Assembly: GCA_034669905.1 (NCBI GenBank)
Contig: JAXMOL010000006.1
Location: forward strand, 133,874-197,873
Direction: 5' to 3'
Origin: Candidatus Hydrogenedentota bacterium
GTDB taxonomy: Bacteria > Hydrogenedentota > Hydrogenedentia > Hydrogenedentales > JAEUWI01
DNA length: 64,000 nucleotides
Each line of letters starts with the position of its first letter. Position 1 is the first letter of the stretch. Below the pieces are notes generated by a model. It searched no databases, was not told the DNA's origin, and saw nothing but the letters and a program-made list of their open reading frames with translations. This document shows, in pieces, positions 61,501 to 64,000 of the stretch. Both the position numbers and the translations under genes were made by a program.

Positions 61501-64000
61501 GATCCGCGCAGAACTGGACCGTGTCCGTCAACACGGTCTCGGGCTCGGGCACGCTCACAGTGGACTTGGACCAAAGTCTCGGGAGTGTCGTCGATGGGGC
61601 ATCCAATGGCCTCGCTTCGCCGCGGAACGGCGACGAAAGCTATACGATTGACCGGGTGGCACCGACGGTTAGCAGTATTGCCCGAATGACCCCGGCGACG
61701 GCCACGACCAATGCGGATCAGGTGACTTTTGCGGTGACCTTTGACGAGGCGGTGACGGGATTCGCATCGGCGAACGTGAGCATAGTCGGGTCCGATGACC
61801 AAACGGGTGCCTCGGTCCAGGGTGTCGCGGGAAGCGGTCAGAATTGGACCGTCACACTGAACACCCTTCCCGGCGTGGGAAGCCTCGGGATGGATGTCGT
61901 TCCCGGGATGGCGAATGTAGCGGACGCCGTGGGGAACGCCCTCGTCAGTGGTCGCAATGGCGACGAGAGCTACACCATAGACCGCGTGAAACCCGACCTG
62001 GATTCGGTGGCTACGCTCACCCCGGGGCCGACCAATGATGACACCATCGTCTATACCTTCACCTTCTCCGAGGCCGTTATTAATTTTGATGCCCTCGATG
62101 ATCTGGAGGTATTCACGGTGGGCTCGGTAGCTGTCACCGGTGCCACCATCACGGGAGGGCCATCGACGTACACGGTGACACTGACCGGCCTGACGGGGAA
62201 TGGAACGCTGCAGACGGCCCTGAAGCTCCCGGGTTCCATCACCGACGTGGTGGGTAACGGAATCGGAATGGAGATAGGCAGCGAAGTTATCACGGTAGAC
62301 CATATGGACCCCGTTGTCGCGGTGAATAGCCTGTTTACAGCGGATGCGACTCCGGCCCTTTCGGGCACGGTGAATGATCCGGACGCGACATTGGTCGTCG
62401 ACGTGGATGGGCAAAGTAATTTGATGGCGACCAATCACGGCGACGGCTCCTGGACCTTGGCGGACAATACGCTGACGGCATTGTCAGACGGAGTCTATGA
62501 CGTGGTGGTTACGGCTACCGACACGGCGGGCAATAGCGCTTCCGACAGCACCACGGATGAACTGCGCGTGGATACCACGGCTCCTGCCGTGACGGTGGAC
62601 CCGTTGGGTACTCCCGATCCAAGCCCAGCATTGAGCGGGACGGTGGACGACCCGACGGCGTCGATTGTCGTTGGTGTGTCGGCGCAAACCGGCCTGGCGG
62701 CGACCAACCATGGCGATGGCACGTGGTCGCTGGCTATGGACACGCTGACACCGCTGCCCACCGGGGTCTATGATGTGATGGTGACGGCGACCGACACGGT
62801 GGGGAACAGCGCGTCGGACGGCACAAGTGACGAGCTGGAGATCGATACCGTGCTTCCCGTGGTCACGGTAGCCACCCTGCTCACCCCCCTGTCGAGCCCC
62901 GCCCTGAGTGGAACGGTCGACGACCCGACAGCGTCGATAGCCGTTGATGTGTCGGGACAAACGGGACTGGCGGCGACCAACCATGGTGATGGCACGTGGT
63001 CGCTGGCTATGGACACGCTGACGCCGCTTGCCGATGGGATTTACGACGTGATGGTCACGGCGACCGATACGGTGGGCAATGCGGCGACCGACGGGACCAC
63101 CAATGAACTGGAAATTGATACGGTTGCTCCCGTGGTTACGATCGAATCGCTGTTGAGTCGGCTTGATAGTCCTGGCCTTAGTGGCGAGGTAGACGACCCC
63201 GCGGCGACGGTTACCGTGGTGGTGATCGGTGAGGCCGGGGTGGTCGCGACCAATAACGGTGATGGCACGTGGACTTTGGCGGAGACTTTGCTCGCGTCCC
63301 TGAGTGATGGCGTCTACGATGTGATGGTTACGGCGACGGACAGCGTGGGCAATGCCGGTGTGGACAGCACGACCGATGAGCTTGAGATTGATGTGACGTT
63401 TCCTATGCCGAGTATCGGTACGCCCAGTGTGACCACCACTGCCGAAGGCCCCGTAGATTTCCTTATCAGCTATGACGAATTGGTGACGCTGTTCCTGGAG
63501 GCGGACGATGTGGTGCTGAATCTTACCGGCACGGCGGCGGTGGGCCTGGTTGAGATTGTGGCGAACACCAGCCAGAGCGCCTTTGTGCGGCTTTCCGGGC
63601 TTTCGGGCAACGGTACCGTCAGCTTCATGCTGTTTGGGGACACCGCTTTCGACGCGGCCGGTAATCCGGCATTCCCAGCGAATGCGGGACCGGAGGTGGC
63701 CGTAGTGAATCTCGCCGGTGAAGGTGAGGGTGAGGGCGAGGGCGAGGGCGAAGGCGAAGGCGAAGGCGAAGGCGAGGGTGAAGGTGAAGGCGAAGGCGAA
63801 GGCGAAGGCGAAGGAGAAGGTGAAGGTGAAGGTGAAGGTGAAGGTGAAGGTGAGGGCGAAGGCGAAGGCGAAGGCGAAGGCGAAGGAGAAGGAGAAGGCG
63901 AAGGCGAAGGCGAAGGCGAAGGCGAAGGCGAAGGAGAAGGAGAAGGAGAAGGAGAAGGCGAAGGAGAAGGCGAAGGCGAAGGCGAAGGCGAAGGAGAAGG
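58512..64000 (+). CDS. Large secreted S8 (subtilisin-like) peptidase with Ig-like repeats and a (GE)n tract, 3'-partial
   Basis: Translated manually from MAWFKKLFAILIVVV...VHA. Triad DSG (59034), HGTH (59151), GTSMA (60153). Frame is consistent at every landmark checked through to the window end. Confidence 0.9.
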   Translation, partial: MAWFKKLFAILIVVVTGVGGAFSPVHAQSSLPPKISGEILAHQAEKATAGPQANGDPAPVAPLGNLESEECALYVEARLTEADRAELASKGIVVHDTYVPPVPGQHPYGFYLATVPYSSLPAASADARIMRLESVEFQSEPHNDEAAVFTNVDDVHAGTGVAARTGAGIKIAVADSGVDLTHADFPTPIEQFDVTDGIGMGNWGTNVANTVSDHGTHVAASAIGRGTLSGGLYLGSAPAADFYFYKIGNDSTSSASEADEIEAINRALEVGCDIFSMSYGGVSVFQDGSSAACQAIDAAVAAGMACFVSAGNSQEDAEHDSVSAPLNSTTASFGFTIDNTGSGSTYTTGESIRVIWLDNSTFDSNISLNCTNLGSGESLSQAFNSISARGTEAKRYVLTPNIGAGASKTYTFTLTNSATSGDVPTVHLYQVSGKGTFDSPDPSGTVGAPALADSAIAVGAWTQRKSWTNYQGSGFQFSNFTVNTLAPFSSLGPRIDGTMKPDIVAPGAAMISARDSVGSLAATDALIIDNDGLNLDGSGPANYYVKTGTSMACPFAAGLAALVLEAHPTLTPAELLTALTSTASQSGTPDDDVGFGLLDALAAVQVDVQSPTISTIARMTPAQSDTNATQVTFAVTFNEAVSGVASNNFTVVGTSDQSTATISSVGGSGQNWTVTVNTVAGFGSLRLDLDQNLANITDSGSNPLLAGRTGDESYAIDRVAPTIQSINRSNPMAALTNASQVVFSVTFDEAVTGVGTTNFSVSGTGDQSGASIDSVGGSGQNWTVTVDSVAGTGTLGLDLDLNLGSVSDAVGNALAVGRSGDESYTVDRVAPTVDSINRMTPAQALTNASQVSFAVTFSESVAGVSVANFVRTATGAQTGGSVASVGGSGASWTVTLNTAAGTGDITADLTQSLGSITDGAGNALAAGRSGDESYTVDRVAPTVGSIVRMTPAGANTNASQVTFGVTFDEVVTGLSSGNFSVSGTGDQSGASIASVGGSAQNWTVSVNTVSGSGTLTVDLDQSLGSVVDGASNGLASPRNGDESYTIDRVAPTVSSIARMTPATATTNADQVTFAVTFDEAVTGFASANVSIVGSDDQTGASVQGVAGSGQNWTVTLNTLPGVGSLGMDVVPGMANVADAVGNALVSGRNGDESYTIDRVKPDLDSVATLTPGPTNDDTIVYTFTFSEAVINFDALDDLEVFTVGSVAVTGATITGGPSTYTVTLTGLTGNGTLQTALKLPGSITDVVGNGIGMEIGSEVITVDHMDPVVAVNSLFTADATPALSGTVNDPDATLVVDVDGQSNLMATNHGDGSWTLADNTLTALSDGVYDVVVTATDTAGNSASDSTTDELRVDTTAPAVTVDPLGTPDPSPALSGTVDDPTASIVVGVSAQTGLAATNHGDGTWSLAMDTLTPLPTGVYDVMVTATDTVGNSASDGTSDELEIDTVLPVVTVATLLTPLSSPALSGTVDDPTASIAVDVSGQTGLAATNHGDGTWSLAMDTLTPLADGIYDVMVTATDTVGNAATDGTTNELEIDTVAPVVTIESLLSRLDSPGLSGEVDDPAATVTVVVIGEAGVVATNNGDGTWTLAETLLASLSDGVYDVMVTATDSVGNAGVDSTTDELEIDVTFPMPSIGTPSVTTTAEGPVDFLISYDELVTLFLEADDVVLNLTGTAAVGLVEIVANTSQSAFVRLSGLSGNGTVSFMLFGDTAFDAAGNPAFPANAGPEVAVVNLAGEGEGEGEGEGEGEGEGEGEGEGEGEGEGEGEGEGEGEGEGEGEGEGEGEGEGEGEGEGEGEGEGEGEGEGEGEGEGEGEGEGEGEGEGEGEGE
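60330..61979 (+). repeat. Five tandem 330-nt (110-aa) Ig-like modules
   Basis: Module starts at 60330, 60660, 60990, 61320, 61650 (DRVAPT...VTFxE.V...GDESYT). Confidence 0.88.
62298..63389 (+). repeat. Four tandem 273-nt (91-aa) bacterial Ig-like modules
   Basis: Module starts at 62298, 62571, 62844, 63117 (PALSGTVDDP...GDGTW...YDV.VTATD..GN). Confidence 0.88.
63717..64000 (+). repeat. Coding (GGNGAR)n repeat, at least 47 Gly-Glu pairs
   Basis: In frame with the S8 ORF and running off the window. Confidence 0.95.

Noticed and set aside
60330..63389. Regularly spaced repeats as a possible CRISPR array
   Set aside because: Periods of 330 and 273 nt are in-frame protein modules with synonymous variation; there are no unique spacers or cas genes.
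1..64000. tRNA, rRNA, integrase, transposase or prophage genes
   Set aside because: None recognised by eye; a tRNAscan/Infernal run would be needed to exclude small RNAs.

Overview
GC-rich bacterial chromosomal window, densely coding, with no rRNA, tRNA, CRISPR array or intact transposase recognised. Long (Gly-Glu)n tails and a DUF1559 prepilin with an [17 protein letters not shown] motif suggest Candidatus Hydrogenedentota (inference only). Housekeeping loci are ilvD, a mitochondrial-type aconitase, cfa, CIRCE-hrcA-grpE-dnaK-dnaJ, fdxA, perR-ftn-ahpC and yceD-rpmF-plsX-fabD-fabG. Accessory genes include vapBC, hicBA, an orphan HigA-like antitoxin, a truncated rhuM, several secreted BNR/hydrolase genes, DUF1800-DUF1501, a split atu-like cluster, a LarA-family gene, a sigma54-driven type IV pilin, and a large S8 protease with Ig-like repeats that runs off the window and is missing from the ORF track. 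Three observations stand out. (1) A coupled operon joins a GH1-fold protein lacking its catalytic nucleophile, a BadF-type kinase-MurQ fusion and a SpoIID lytic transglycosylase, a candidate unusual peptidoglycan-recycling system. (2) Intergenic 9-nt-periodic inverted repeats and 7-nt tandem arrays are dispersed through the first 20 kb. (3) Three unrelated exported proteins carry (GE)n tails. Family assignments come from motif recognition by eye, not from database searches.
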